Shown here one piece after another: positions 27,193 through 39,100 of a DNA stretch of 64,000 bases (positions are counted from its first letter, which is position 1; the number at the start of each line of letters is the position of its first letter). This stretch comes from Camelus ferus (Eukaryota). The position numbers were made by a program, and so were the translations under genes. The stretch spans positions 101,000,001-101,064,000 of the forward strand of contig NC_045697.1 of the NCBI RefSeq assembly GCF_009834535.1. The letters run 5' to 3'. The notes beneath the pieces are model-generated. The model was not told the DNA's origin. It searched no databases and was given only the letters and a program-made list of their open reading frames with translations.

Positions 27193-27879
27193 ATATAAAT
27201 GTGTGCACAGAAGCAGAAATACAGGGTAATAATGATGAAAGCGACTTTGGTAAATATGAGCAAATCCAATACAAAATTTTCAGGTCAACTCTAATTCCTT
27301 GCAGGCCTAATCATTCCTGCAAATTATCTTCAAAGCCAAATTAGCTCTCCAACTTCTTAAGCAGGTAGGTCTTTGTGTACAGATATTAACTTTATGTGAT
27401 TTGCATTTTAAAAGAGGAAAGATCTCAGGCTTTTCTATACAAACGAGGAGCTATTGAAGTGTACTCTGAGTACGTGTTGTCCCTTCAGCGGCTGAAAACT
27501 CTAATTTGCAATCTGACAAATATGACATCTTCTGAACAATGCAAACTAAAGAAGTGCTAATTGGTTTCCATGGCCGTACCTCCAGCCTCATGAAAATGGA
27601 TCAGGAACATAAAGAAAAATGCAGAATATACTACTGCAGAGCCATTTAAATTATAAATGAAAGACAGTCTAGTTGGATGAAATGGGAAATAATAATACTG
27701 ATGGCGATGATAATTTTAATAATAGGTGACAAGCCGGATGGGCACCTGCTTTGCATCAGATACTGTTTGCAGACAAGTTGTATATAATTCATCTAATTCT
27801 CACCTGGGAACAACAAAAATCAACATCAAATGACCTAAGGCCAGAAGAGCTAATCAATAAAAGGAAAAAATAGTAAAAA

Positions 27880-28100
27880 CTACAGCTAACGTTCATGGAG
27901 CACTTACTATGTGTCAGGAACTGTTATAAACATCTCACATTAGTGACTCATGTGCCAAGGCTGTAAGATGGCTCCACTGTCACCCCCATTTCACAGATAA
28001 GAAGCTGGAGTCTCAGAGTAACCAGCCATCCTGCGAGGCAATAGAAAGGCCAGGCTTTGAGCTCAGCCATGTCTCTAAATCTCATACTCTTTCTACTCCT
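27880..28100 (-). mobile_element. MIR SINE
   Basis: gagcacttactatgtgtcagg...cccatttcacagataagaagctggag. Confidence 0.8.
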
Positions 28101-28829
28101 CTACTGTCCTAATCCCATGATTTCTGCATACTTTGCTTTCTCTGATTTTATCATAAATTGATATCATTTAACAGTTATTATCAAGTGACTCACGGTATAG
28201 CTTTCTGACAATTTTAGGCAGTCTTGTTCCTAAATGACATTAACACAGTTACGTAGAAGAGCGGAATCAGTTTCAGAAGCAAATGCCCCCGCTTCTGTTT
28301 TTGATGTCTCTCTTCCTTCTCACAGTCCAGCCCTGAGAAACTTCACTCGAATTTATTTCTGTAGACACTTTGATAGATTCAGCAATAAAATGCATCAGTA
28401 AACTCTAAAAGCAATTGCTACTCTGTGTTACTTTTATGAATTTCTGTCCTAATTTCAATGCTATGTTGTTAAAATTTCAAGTCAAAACAAATTTTATATT
28501 TGCCCCCAACTCTACTGGAATGCTGCCTGTTTGAACCACACAAATCCTTTCCACATGCCCCTTGCTGGTATCTGCCACCTGATAAGAATGCAAATCTGAT
28601 GTAGCCTGAGTAAAACCAGAACTTAGGTTTCAAGGGAGCATGCATTCCTCAGATAAAAGAAATGTTATGTCCCAGATCAAAGGTTAAATCAACCCCTCTG
28701 TCACTGACCAATCTGAAGAATTGTGGATGTCATATTTTAAGAAAGAATTTCAACAAACTAAGTCAGCAAACTAAGCAAAGCATTAAGGTATGGTTGAAGG
28801 AATCAGTAAGTTTAATGCAAGAAGCAACG

Positions 28830-29030
28830 AAAACAATCTTTATTAGTGTTTTTCTCTAATGCATGGAACCTCACTGCATGTATTAACTGCCCAGAATCAC
28901 CCCGGGAGGGAGGCTGTTACTACTTCCCTTAACAGATGTTAGAGAACAGACAACGTGCCTGGGGTGACAGGGCTGGGACTTGAACCCAAGTCTGGTAGGA
29001 AAGTCTGCTGCACTTTGCACTACATCACAT
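28830..29030 (-). mobile_element. MIR SINE fragment
   Basis: ttaacagatg...gctgggacttgaacccaagtctg. Confidence 0.6.
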
Positions 29031-30638
29031 TCCTTTCTGAGAAAAAAAGGAGAGAAGATTCAAAGTTGGGCAAAAAAGCTGTTTTCAAAGGTGATTATAG
29101 AGAAAGTCATGAGACTTATTCTACTTAACTCCATGAAGGACAGCCAGGAACACGGCAAGGAGATGAAATCTGCGATAAAATAGGAACATTTTTCTAACAT
29201 TGATCTGTCTAAAAAATTCTCTTGAATTTGAGTTCCGGGTCAGTAAGGGGCTCCAAGAAGTTGATGTGCCAAGATCTCTTCCAGTCTTCAAAATTATTTA
29301 ATTCTAAGATTCTAAATAAAATATACCTTATCATGGACCCTTCTTCTCTCCCAATTTCCATCCTGCCCCAGCTGTGGGAATTTAGGAAGTCATACTGTCC
29401 CTCATTTTTATTATTGGTAAAACAGGAATACTACCAACTTTCCAGGCAGGGTTATGAGAATATGCAAGAAGATGAGACATTTGAACCGTTTAACCATCAT
29501 AAACCTCAGTAGTGTTAGTTACCTCTTCCGACATGTTTACAAGGTCCAAGTCAGTGTCAGAATCAGAGGAGCTGTCCTGGAGGGGCTTCCTGTCTTCATT
29601 TGAATCCGGCCAAAAGCAGAGTGGGAAAAGCATTCCAAGGAGACGAGGCTCTCCCCATGTGCGTGCGTCTGGATCGAGCATGAGTGCGCGTTTGCTACTG
29701 AGGTGCATGCTTTCCTGTCCTTCTCTCCCAAAGCGGGGGAAAGGCAGCGGTCTTGGGCATTGCTTTCAGGGTTTAGGATGGGCACTTTTAGAAGATTCTA
29801 GGCAAAAGCATCACTTAAGTTAGCTTTTACATGCCTTCCCATCCTCTAACTTTCCCATTAGTGCATTTAATAAAGTTTAATGCTATTCTGCTTTATAACA
29901 AATCATTGATATGCCACTGTCTCTCAAAGCAAGCTTTTTGACCACTAAGCAATGCCTACTGCCCTTCTTTAGCGTACAAAATGTTTTTGACACAAATAAG
30001 ACTTCGTGTTGGGACCCATCAGAACTTTTTGCTGTAATTCTACTTTCTGGTACCTAGAAAAACTAATTGGAAGTGACTTGTAAGAGAACAAAACATTTTC
30101 AAAAGATACATCACTCTAAAGATGCCTGGATGTGATTTTTTAAATCATCTCTGAAGTTCAAGTAAATGCTGATAAGAAAAGATGTTACAGAAGTACTCAT
30201 CACACATGCAGTTTTAAAGACTGTATCTGATGCTTAAAGTAAGAAGATTTGCATAACCATTCTTTGCATGTAGAGAAGAGTAATGAGAGGAAATTAAAAA
30301 GGAATATTTAATTCCATTTGAAATAAAAAATAAATTTATCATTTAAAACTCTATTGTCAATATATGGCCAAGGTTGATCTCAGGGTACCCTGGGGGTTCT
30401 GAAGCATTCACGCATTTCAGGAACAAACTTATTCTGATCCACTGCCCTATGGCTTACAGAACATGCTCAGCTCCCGATCTGTGAGTTGCTAGTGACAAGT
30501 TCATCTTTCTATCACTCTGAGTATGCTTTCTCCTTAACACTGCTTCCAGCTCTTAAGAACATGCCTTTGGGAGATTAAGTTAAAACATGTGATTTTTGTT
30601 GTTGTTGTTCTTTTAATTTTAGTAACAAAATTGAAGTC

Positions 30639-30669
<31 letters not shown>
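30639..30669. repeat. (TG)n microsatellite
   Basis: Direct reading. Confidence 0.9.
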
Positions 30670-31669
30670 TTAAGGAGGTTAAATTAAGCAAAATACCAAA
30701 AAAAAAAAAAAAGACTTCATACTTGGATATTACCTTCCCCAAGCACATGCATTTGACAACAATGGAAAACAAGTAGTCACGGTTTGTGAGAAAGCAAAGT
30801 CGTCCTAAAATAATATAGATGCACAAACACACATCCATCCACACAATCTATGAGATATTTGCATGGGTATATGCACATATAAATGTCATGTGAAATAGGG
30901 AAAATTTAAAAACAAACAGTAGAAGTTCACTGTTACCTTCTTTCATAGCTCCTCCATACAGGTGTATATTCTAAACCGTAGCACTACCTGTCTATCTAGG
31001 CTCACAGAAGTCTCATGTTGTGTGTTACATGACAGCTCTGTGCTAAGCGTAGCAGAAGTAACAAATGAAAAGGAAACATACGTTCTCTTTTTATGGATAT
31101 GTTCTTCCACATCTGCAATCAAAAACAATTTGTCACATCCAATCTGATAAAATTACATAAATGTCTGCTTAATTTGGGAGGGGGTTACATGTAGAAGATT
31201 ACAAAAGAAATAATAAAGCAGACAGTAAGATGAGCTGAAAGTTTCTGTGACAAGGTAATGCGGTCTACACGGAAATACATGTGAATTCTAAGAAAGGTTT
31301 TCAGCTTTTCAAGCAACTTACAATCTATCACTCACTAAGACTCTGAAAGTTCCTTGTCTCAGATAGATTTTAATGCTTAGACTGCATTATAGTCACTAAT
31401 TTAGGTGGATTCCACTTGGAAATAAATGGTACCAGGTTTTTCTATTGAGCACCCATACAAATATTTTAAAAAGTCATCATCATGAACCAAATCCCAACAA
31501 AGATTTATTGAACCTCCACTATGTCACATGCATATAAAATTGAATTTTAAAATTAAAGCATTAAGAAAAATTAATTGAGGTCTCTAAAACTCTCCAAAAG
31601 ACAGAATAAGAGAAGAAAGCAAAGATTCTATTAGATCATTAACTTTCTATGAGGCAGGAAAAAAGAAGC

Positions 31670-31830
31670 AGAACAAGCTCAGACCAAAACAAATTCTAAC
31701 CCTGCCTGTACAATTGGCAGTTGCGGAAGTGGCTATAAAACGGAGATGATAACGCCGTGTGGATTAAATAAGATAGTGCGAGAGAAACACCCAGCATGTG
31801 CCTTGCATGCTAGTAAATGCTCAACAAATC
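31670..31830 (+). mobile_element. MIR SINE fragment
   Basis: ggattaaataagata...tagtaaatgctcaacaaat. Confidence 0.6.
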
Positions 31831-32629
31831 ATGAGATTTTTTTCATTAACAGTGTTATTAGCAATACCAACTGCAAAATATGAACTCTGCTGCTATTTTA
31901 AAAGTTTTGTAAAGAGCCTCTCGCTGCAGTTAGCGCATGAAAAATTCACGATAGATACTTGCTGACTGAACAAGCGCCAAATGGAAGCTGAACTGTGAGG
32001 CACCAGCTCTCAGACAGGGTCAGAACACTTCCATCTGCCCCAGTTCTTCTGAGAAGGATTTCCCAGGAAAGAATTTTTATCCCCTGGCCATTCTTTCTAC
32101 CTTTGTGATTGTTAGATTACTTTACTAACAACGTAATTTTCCCCGTTTCTCCATTCTGTTGTTAAATCATAAGACTATGATGTTCCAAATTTCTGCTTGT
32201 CATGGTTTCAAGAGACTCAGATCAGGTTGGTAGAGCAAATAGCTGTTAGGTGTGTGGGCAGAAAACCAGGTTCAGGCCCATGGTTCTGGGATGAGGATAG
32301 ATTCCACAGGTTTCCTGAGCTCAGTCTCCCTTGCCCCTGAACAGAGCAGGCCACGTCTCAGTTTCTGCCATCACAGCTCACATTTCTGAGTTCTCCAGGA
32401 CCTGTTAACACTCATTAGGTCTTCATTTACGTAAAAGGAGGCACTGTGGTGAAACAGATGTGGGAGACACCTTGAACAAGTGGTCCCGGACCTGAGTCCT
32501 TGCTTTGTTCTGCTGTTACAGTCACGTGATGTGTGACCTGCTTTAACTCGATCTCAGTTTTCTCCTTTGTCAAAGGAGACAAGAAGTGGGTCATTAAGAG
32601 TCCAGGCTTAGAAGGCTGGGTAGAGCAGA

Positions 32630-32768
32630 GGTAGAGCACGTGCTTATTAGCATGCACAAGGTCCTGGGGTCAATCCCCTGTACCTCCATTTAAAAAATGA
32701 AAAAAACGAAATGAAACAGAAAAACAAAAGCTAGTCATACACACAAAATAACTTAATAAAAAAAAAGA
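32630..32768 (+). mobile_element. tRNA-derived SINE (camelid Vic-1-like), 5'-degenerate, with A-rich tail
   Basis: ggtagagcacgtgcttattagcatgcacaaggtcctggggtcaatcccctgtacctccat followed by an A-rich tail. The B-box-like ggtcaatccc is present. Not a functional tRNA. Confidence 0.8.
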
Positions 32769-32769
32769 G

Positions 32770-32990
32770 CATAAGCTTTGTAGTCAAAAATGTGGGGCTT
32801 CACACCTTGGCTTTGGGGCTTAAGAGCATTGTAGTTTTGTGCAAATTACTTACCTGCTTTTCTAGACCTCAGCTTCTTAGTTTATAAAATGACAAAAATT
32901 AATAACATCATAGGCTAATTAGATAAGGGTCAATGAAACAGCATCTCTGATATACTTATCAGAGCATAAGGCACATAGTATCTCATAGTA
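32770..32990 (+). mobile_element. MIR SINE
   Basis: gcaaattacttacct...cctcagcttcttagtttataaaatg...ggcacatagta. Confidence 0.65.
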
Positions 32991-35594
32991 GCTTCCTCTT
33001 CTTATTATCATTGTTATTTTGAGGTTACTCAGTGTCTTTCATGCCTACAATTGTAATCCTCCATGCAAGAACCTCAGCTGGTTTACACTACAGTGTGGAA
33101 GGCAGGACTATATGGCAATGAACTACAGAACAAAACCAGAAAGCATGGTTCCAGATCTAAAAGAAGTCAGAGGAGATGGGAACTACCACACGTAAACCAG
33201 CAAAACAAAGTACATGTAATATACAGGTAAAAGGGTTACCAAGACACCAAGTCCGGTTCGGGTACCGGAACACCCACACAGAGATTCAGTGACTGTGCCT
33301 CCAAACGAGGATTAGTTACATGAGTAGAAAGCACTTACTGTACTGGAGGCATTCTCCCCAAGATATGCAAATAAATTTTACTGTGTAATTCAAAAATGCA
33401 TCATATCACATTTCATGAAATTTGAGTCTAAATCTATAAATAAGATACACACTTCTTGCCCTTTTAAGTTTTCTATGGAAAAAAAAGATTCAGTGCAAAA
33501 TTCAAAAATTCTAGTTCACATATGACACAGTGGCCAGATTAAACTACGGTGTTTCATGGCAGTAGTCTGAGAGTTTGAAATCTGAATTGGCTGATAAAAG
33601 GCAACTCAAAAGGACAGTGAACACAAACAAAACTATATGGATTTTGGGAAACTCACCAAGAAAGAATGGTGCCAACAAAAGACTCTTATTCCTGCGAATT
33701 TGTTTTACAGAAATCTGAAAATTCTCTCTTTAAAAATAATGACTGGAATGTAAAAGCAATACAAGTTAGATATTTTCAGTGCAAAGGAATATGAAAAACA
33801 AAACTAAACTAACAACCAAAAAAATGCTTCTTATCCCTGACCTAATGTTCCTCCAGCTCAGTATCTCAGAGGCCAACAAGTCAGTGGAAAGAAGATAAAT
33901 TACAGCACATGTAAAAACATAAAGCGCCAGAAGTCAAAAGGTTATGATAAGTCTATAATGCATTTGGTTCATAGGAAGAGAAATCCACAGATTTAGCAAA
34001 ACACAAAAAGGGAAAAAAATAATAACCTAGCCATTTCAAAATTGGTTTTCAAAAATTATTTTTTTCTTTTTTCTAGAAAACGCAATTCTGTTGTTGAATT
34101 TGTTTTCCTTTTATACATCAAACTTAAATACATCAGAAGCAGAAGTATTAAAATCAAAAGTGGCAATGTGCCTCAATTTCCTCTAAATCTGAGATTATTA
34201 TATTCCTTTTTCCTTCTAAATGTGGTACTCTAAACTAGATCCTTCTGTTCCTAGCCTCTCTCTGAGGTATTGTGTGTGTTCACTGATTTTCAGTTCACTA
34301 AGAATTTCTGGGCCCCTGATTTCTGTTTCAAAGCTAGTGTCTAAATGTTGTGGATCTATGCCGCCGATGTTAACGACAGTTCTGATGCAATCGATTCCAC
34401 AGTTTGTGACCAGCAAGGTGAGAAATAAAGTGCCACGCATCGCACACAGAAAACATGGGGCTACTGGGGGTTCTCAGCAAGCTCGATGTCTGACATCTCC
34501 TATCAGGCATCCAGGGGCACTTGGGTCAAATCTAACCGCCAGGCTGGGTGGGTAATAGATACCTTCCAGGATGTCAGTGACAGTGATGAACAGGCATTTT
34601 AGCTGGCCCTTACACACTTCAAACTGAAAATAACCACAGCAAAACTTTATTGGAAATAACACCACAAAACTATAAAGATTTTTAAGTGTCTTCCCAAATA
34701 AAATACAAGAAAAAAAATAACATGTTTAAGAGACACAGCCAAAAGGAAGCCAAAAAGAAGATGAAAAGAAAAGATGAAAAGAAAAAGCCTCATTAGAATC
34801 GATCAGCACTTACTTTTATGCGTGAATATGAATTACTTGAAATTATTTTATACCATCTCTTAAGTTAAAATGCAAAACTGTAAGGATCAGGAAAATCAGC
34901 AAAGAACACAGCCAGCAGTACACATGCCAGTATAAGCCTTGGCATCTATACCGAAATAAACTGAGTACAAGTGGGTCCTTGGGGGCTGGGGCAGAGGGCA
35001 AACAAACTCGAGACATGTCGTCTGTTCTCTGAGAGTTGTCCCTATGTTTTATCAAAAGAAGAGCATCTTAAAATGTTCAAGTACTGTTCTATACGATTTT
35101 ATGCTCATATGTACTACATAAATACTGTACAGCAGTGTTCTCCACGTACACCTAATTTTAAAGTTATTATACACTTAGAAAATAACATGCTAATTCTTTC
35201 AAACTTACAATGAAATTAAAAAGAAATTATTATTTTACTTAATATTCTTCTTAGTGTCAAAACACCATGCAACTTCCTAGAGATTGGTGTGTCATCCTCT
35301 GGATAAAAACAAATTGTACTAACACTCAAAACCATCTCTGATCTGTTGTCTGTTGCAATATAAGTCTGTTTCAACTTTGCTTTAAACTTAATAGCATAGC
35401 AACAAAATAAGCTTAAAAAACGACAATCAACTTACCCTTTATTATAAATCTGCAATGTTGCCTCTAGTAAACATACTTCAAACCCAGAAACTCACTTGAT
35501 TTAAAAAGTAACATTCTGATAAGTAACAGAAATGCTATTTAATTACATGCCCATAATTTCTATTTACTTTCTTACTTTCAAGGAGCTTCATCAC

Positions 35595-35840
35595 TTTAAT
35601 TTTTTAGCAAAGTGTAGTTACTTGCAATATTATGTTAGCTTCAGATGTACAACATAGTTATTTGAAATTTTTATAGATTGTGCACCATAGAAAGTTATAA
35701 TGTTACTGACTATGTCTCCTGTGCTGTATATTACATCCCTGTGGCTTACTTATTATATAACTGGTAGTTTGTACCGCTTAATATCCTTCACCGTTTTAGT
35801 CCATCCCCCTGCTCCCACCTGGCCACCACTCATTTGTTAA
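35595..35840 (-). mobile_element. LINE-1 3' end, sense to INPP4B
   Basis: caatattatgttagcttcagatgtacaacatagt...cctgtgctgtatattacatccctgtggcttacttat. Confidence 0.85.
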
Positions 35841-36064
35841 TAATGTCATTTTTTTCCCTGCAAGAGCTGATATCCGTTGACAATCTGAAACAGAAACTTG
35901 AATGTGAACTTGAGTAACTGCTGTTTTACTGCAACTTGCTGCAGTGGAGAATGTAAGCTAGTCTGAGAGCTGACACCTAAGCCTCGGAGAGAATTGTGAC
36001 TCTCGAACCCAGCCAGCTTTCCGTAAACATCACGGGCTGTTAACTTTAACAGCATGAGACTCAC

Positions 36065-36144
36065 CTCAGGCTCAGAGCCAGCACTTGCTCCTTCGACTTC
36101 AGTAGCTCCCCAACTTTAAAACTGGCATAGCCCAGGAAACTTCG
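36065..36144 (-). CDS. INPP4B: INPP4B internal coding exon, 80 nt, phase 0-2 ([26 protein letters not shown] + split R)
   Basis: Minus strand reads tctctctgatttccag|CGAAGTTTC...AGCCTGAG|gtgagt. Matches recalled human [27 protein letters not shown] and is in frame with the 51-nt exon. Confidence 0.96.
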
Positions 36145-39100
36145 CTGGAAATCAGAGAGAAAGAATGGGTTCTCATTAACTTCTAAAGTTCTTAATATTT
36201 TGCTGTCACACCAAACAAAATTAGTCTTTAGAAGAATGAAATGGTAAATCTATCAGCCTGACAAATATTTCACTGACAGAGATACAACCATCAATAATAT
36301 ATCCAGCTCATGGGGTGAGGATGAGGCAGGCAAAGGCATCCTTCTCGTTACAATCAGAGCCCCATAGCCTGGAAGGTAACAAAAAGCCCAACATAGAATC
36401 CAGGAGTCTTTCAGGCATAGATTTTCTCCCCATATGAAAACTGGGGTCACAGAAAAGATGACAAACTTTCAGTATTTACCCATGCCACCGTTCTTCTTAT
36501 TAGAATTCCTCAAGTCATGGGCAGCAACAACTTTGTATTCCAGATATGAGCAAATCTGTTAGTTGGAGCTATTTTTATGTGGGACTCTGTACAAGTTATA
36601 AATAGAAATGCTGAATTTCTCCCCCCCTCACAGCAATGTTTAAAAGCATTTGTTTCCTTTGTTATTTCCATACTAGCAGGGGACATCTTCATTCCAACAC
36701 ACAAAAAAGGCTGGTATTTATTCAGTTACATTTTCTAAAATTGTTTTTTTAACCCATCACACTGGGTATTGACTATCAACGAATATCTACCTTCTACACT
36801 CTCTGACTCGTAATACCAAGAATAAAACTCTAAATTGGTTTTCTTTTGTAGGATAAAAATCTTTCATTTCTTTTTAATATTCCTGGCTACTTGTGATTTT
36901 AAAGCCACAATATTATGGTATACCATAGATAGGATTTCTCATTCTCCTTTCAAGGTCAAGATGTAAACATGAAAATATCAAACCTGCATTAATACCTGCA
37001 CCACTGCTGCCTAACACAATGTAATATTTTACAAGTCAGCACCAGGGCTTCTAGAACACTCTCTCTTCATAGGTCTGTGGCCAGCTTGCACAGACTGAGG
37101 CTTCACCCAAGTAGTCTGAGATCAGCCGGGTCCTTTCAGAGGAAAGCGTGCAGTTACTCCATACATAAAATGTTGCATCTACACACAGCAATCCGTTGAG
37201 CAAAGGGAAGAAAAGCTTCAGGTCAGAATCTTTCTCCCTCTTTTCAAACCTCTATCTTAGAAGAACTGGTTCAAAAGTCTTAAAGGCAAAAACGTTTGAA
37301 GTACAAGTCGGTTGCAAAGCTGGAGATGCCTGCATGTCAGTAATGATAAACCCGATTAATTCACTGGAAACTCAAAGAGCTGGTTTAGACATCAAGTCAT
37401 CAAATTCAGAATAATGTGAGATTAAATTATTAGGTGAAGAGTGTTAGGTGAAAACAGAGGATTTGTGGACACAAGTTCTGATGATACAGGTGAGGAAATA
37501 AGTGAGTCAAGACAGAAAAAGAAGTCCAGGAGCTGTATGAACAATGCCTGCTTTCAGCAAGGGGCAGACAGAGTCTAGGAGACACCCGGCTGAACAAAAG
37601 CACTCAAGCCCCCTTTTCAGAGACACTAGAACATCCCCATATGAAAGAATACCCCTCCCCAACACTGCTAGTCTCTACTCCTTATCCTGTTGTATTTTTC
37701 TATTATCACGTAAATATTATGTATTTAACAGCTTATTTTGTTACCCCCCGAAAAAAAATAAAAATTGAGATTTGAAGTTCTACAATGAGCTTTGTTTTCT
37801 GATAAATCCCCAGTGCCTAACACACACCAGGTATGTGATAATTACCAACAATAAATGAACGAATGAACGGCATAGACACCAGCTTCTAAGCAAATTATTC
37901 TATTAGGTATAGAAGAAATGCTCCTTCTAGAGATATTTATAAACTACTGTTGTTCACTGAAATGTGGGAAATCAAAACAATTTTTAGCTGGCAGACTGTA
38001 TACTGTTGTAGTGAATTTCACTTTAGCATTTTGTATTTTAAAGAAATGTCTCACTTTTTCACTGGTAATTAGCGTTTTTAACTTACATCCACCCCTCCCT
38101 CATTATCCTCACTCGAAGAAAATTCTTAATCCCTCAGAAATTTCATGGTGCCCCAAAATTTCAAATTACTTCTTCCCTTCACCTTTTTTGATTTTGAAGG
38201 TATGGATGGTATTAGAATTAATAAAACAAACTGTACATGCCATAAATGTTATTGCCTTTTCAGCAACAAAAGGAGCAGATGTCCCGGACTGGAATGTAGC
38301 CTTGAGAGACAGGTGGAGTGGCTATTTTCAGACATGCTCTGCAGACACACCATGAGGCACAGCTGCAAGTGGAGTCTGCGACCACGAGCCAGCGGACGTC
38401 TCTCCTGCCCACCGGACCAGGCGCTCCTGTGGAAGCAGGACCTTGGCTTGTCCATCTCCCAGCTCAGCCCAGTGTTCGGAACAGAGGGGCTGTGTGGTAC
38501 GCCCACCGCTGCACCACGAGTGCTTCCCTGGTGCCCAGAACAATGCCCAGGAGTCAGTCTTTTCCATCACAACTGTAGCCACATGCTTAATCTCAAAAGT
38601 TAGTAAGAGCTTACAGAAATCATTACCACCCGTTAGAAATCATTACCACCCTTTAGAAATCAATTTAGATAATGGCATTATAGCATTACATTATGAAACC
38701 GTGTCAAGCCAAAGGAAGTTTTATTTAGGTATAAATATTCTCCTGTTTATTCTAAAAATAACTGTACATCGGGACTACACAGGGCATAAAATGCATTAAT
38801 AAAATCCCATAATTTAAAGACAGCGTGTAATCGTCTCACGTGGCAATACTGAATGATGAACTTGCCCTTACATTTACTTTCTAGCAGGTTTTTATGTGTT
38901 TGCTTTATCTCAGTATAAATAAAACTTACATCCACCCCTCCCCTCGTGCTCCCAAAGTTGAAAAACACATCATTCATTCACCCAGTCATCATTTACCCAG
39001 TCACTGGACTCCTGGTAAAAGAAAGAATCAGGGAAAATAGTTCTATTTCTGAAACTTAAATTCCCACAGAGGGAAAACAGCTAATGTAAAAGGGTAATTT

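Noticed and set aside
32630..32690. tRNA gene
   Set aside because: The 5' acceptor stem and A box are missing and an A-rich tail follows, as expected for a tRNA-derived SINE.
33254..33272. Small hairpin tccggt...accgga
   Set aside because: A 6-bp stem is expected by chance.
37918..38799. Cluster of overlapping ORFs of 84-152 aa as genes
   Set aside because: No recognisable protein and no consistent frame; explained by local GC richness depleting stop codons.
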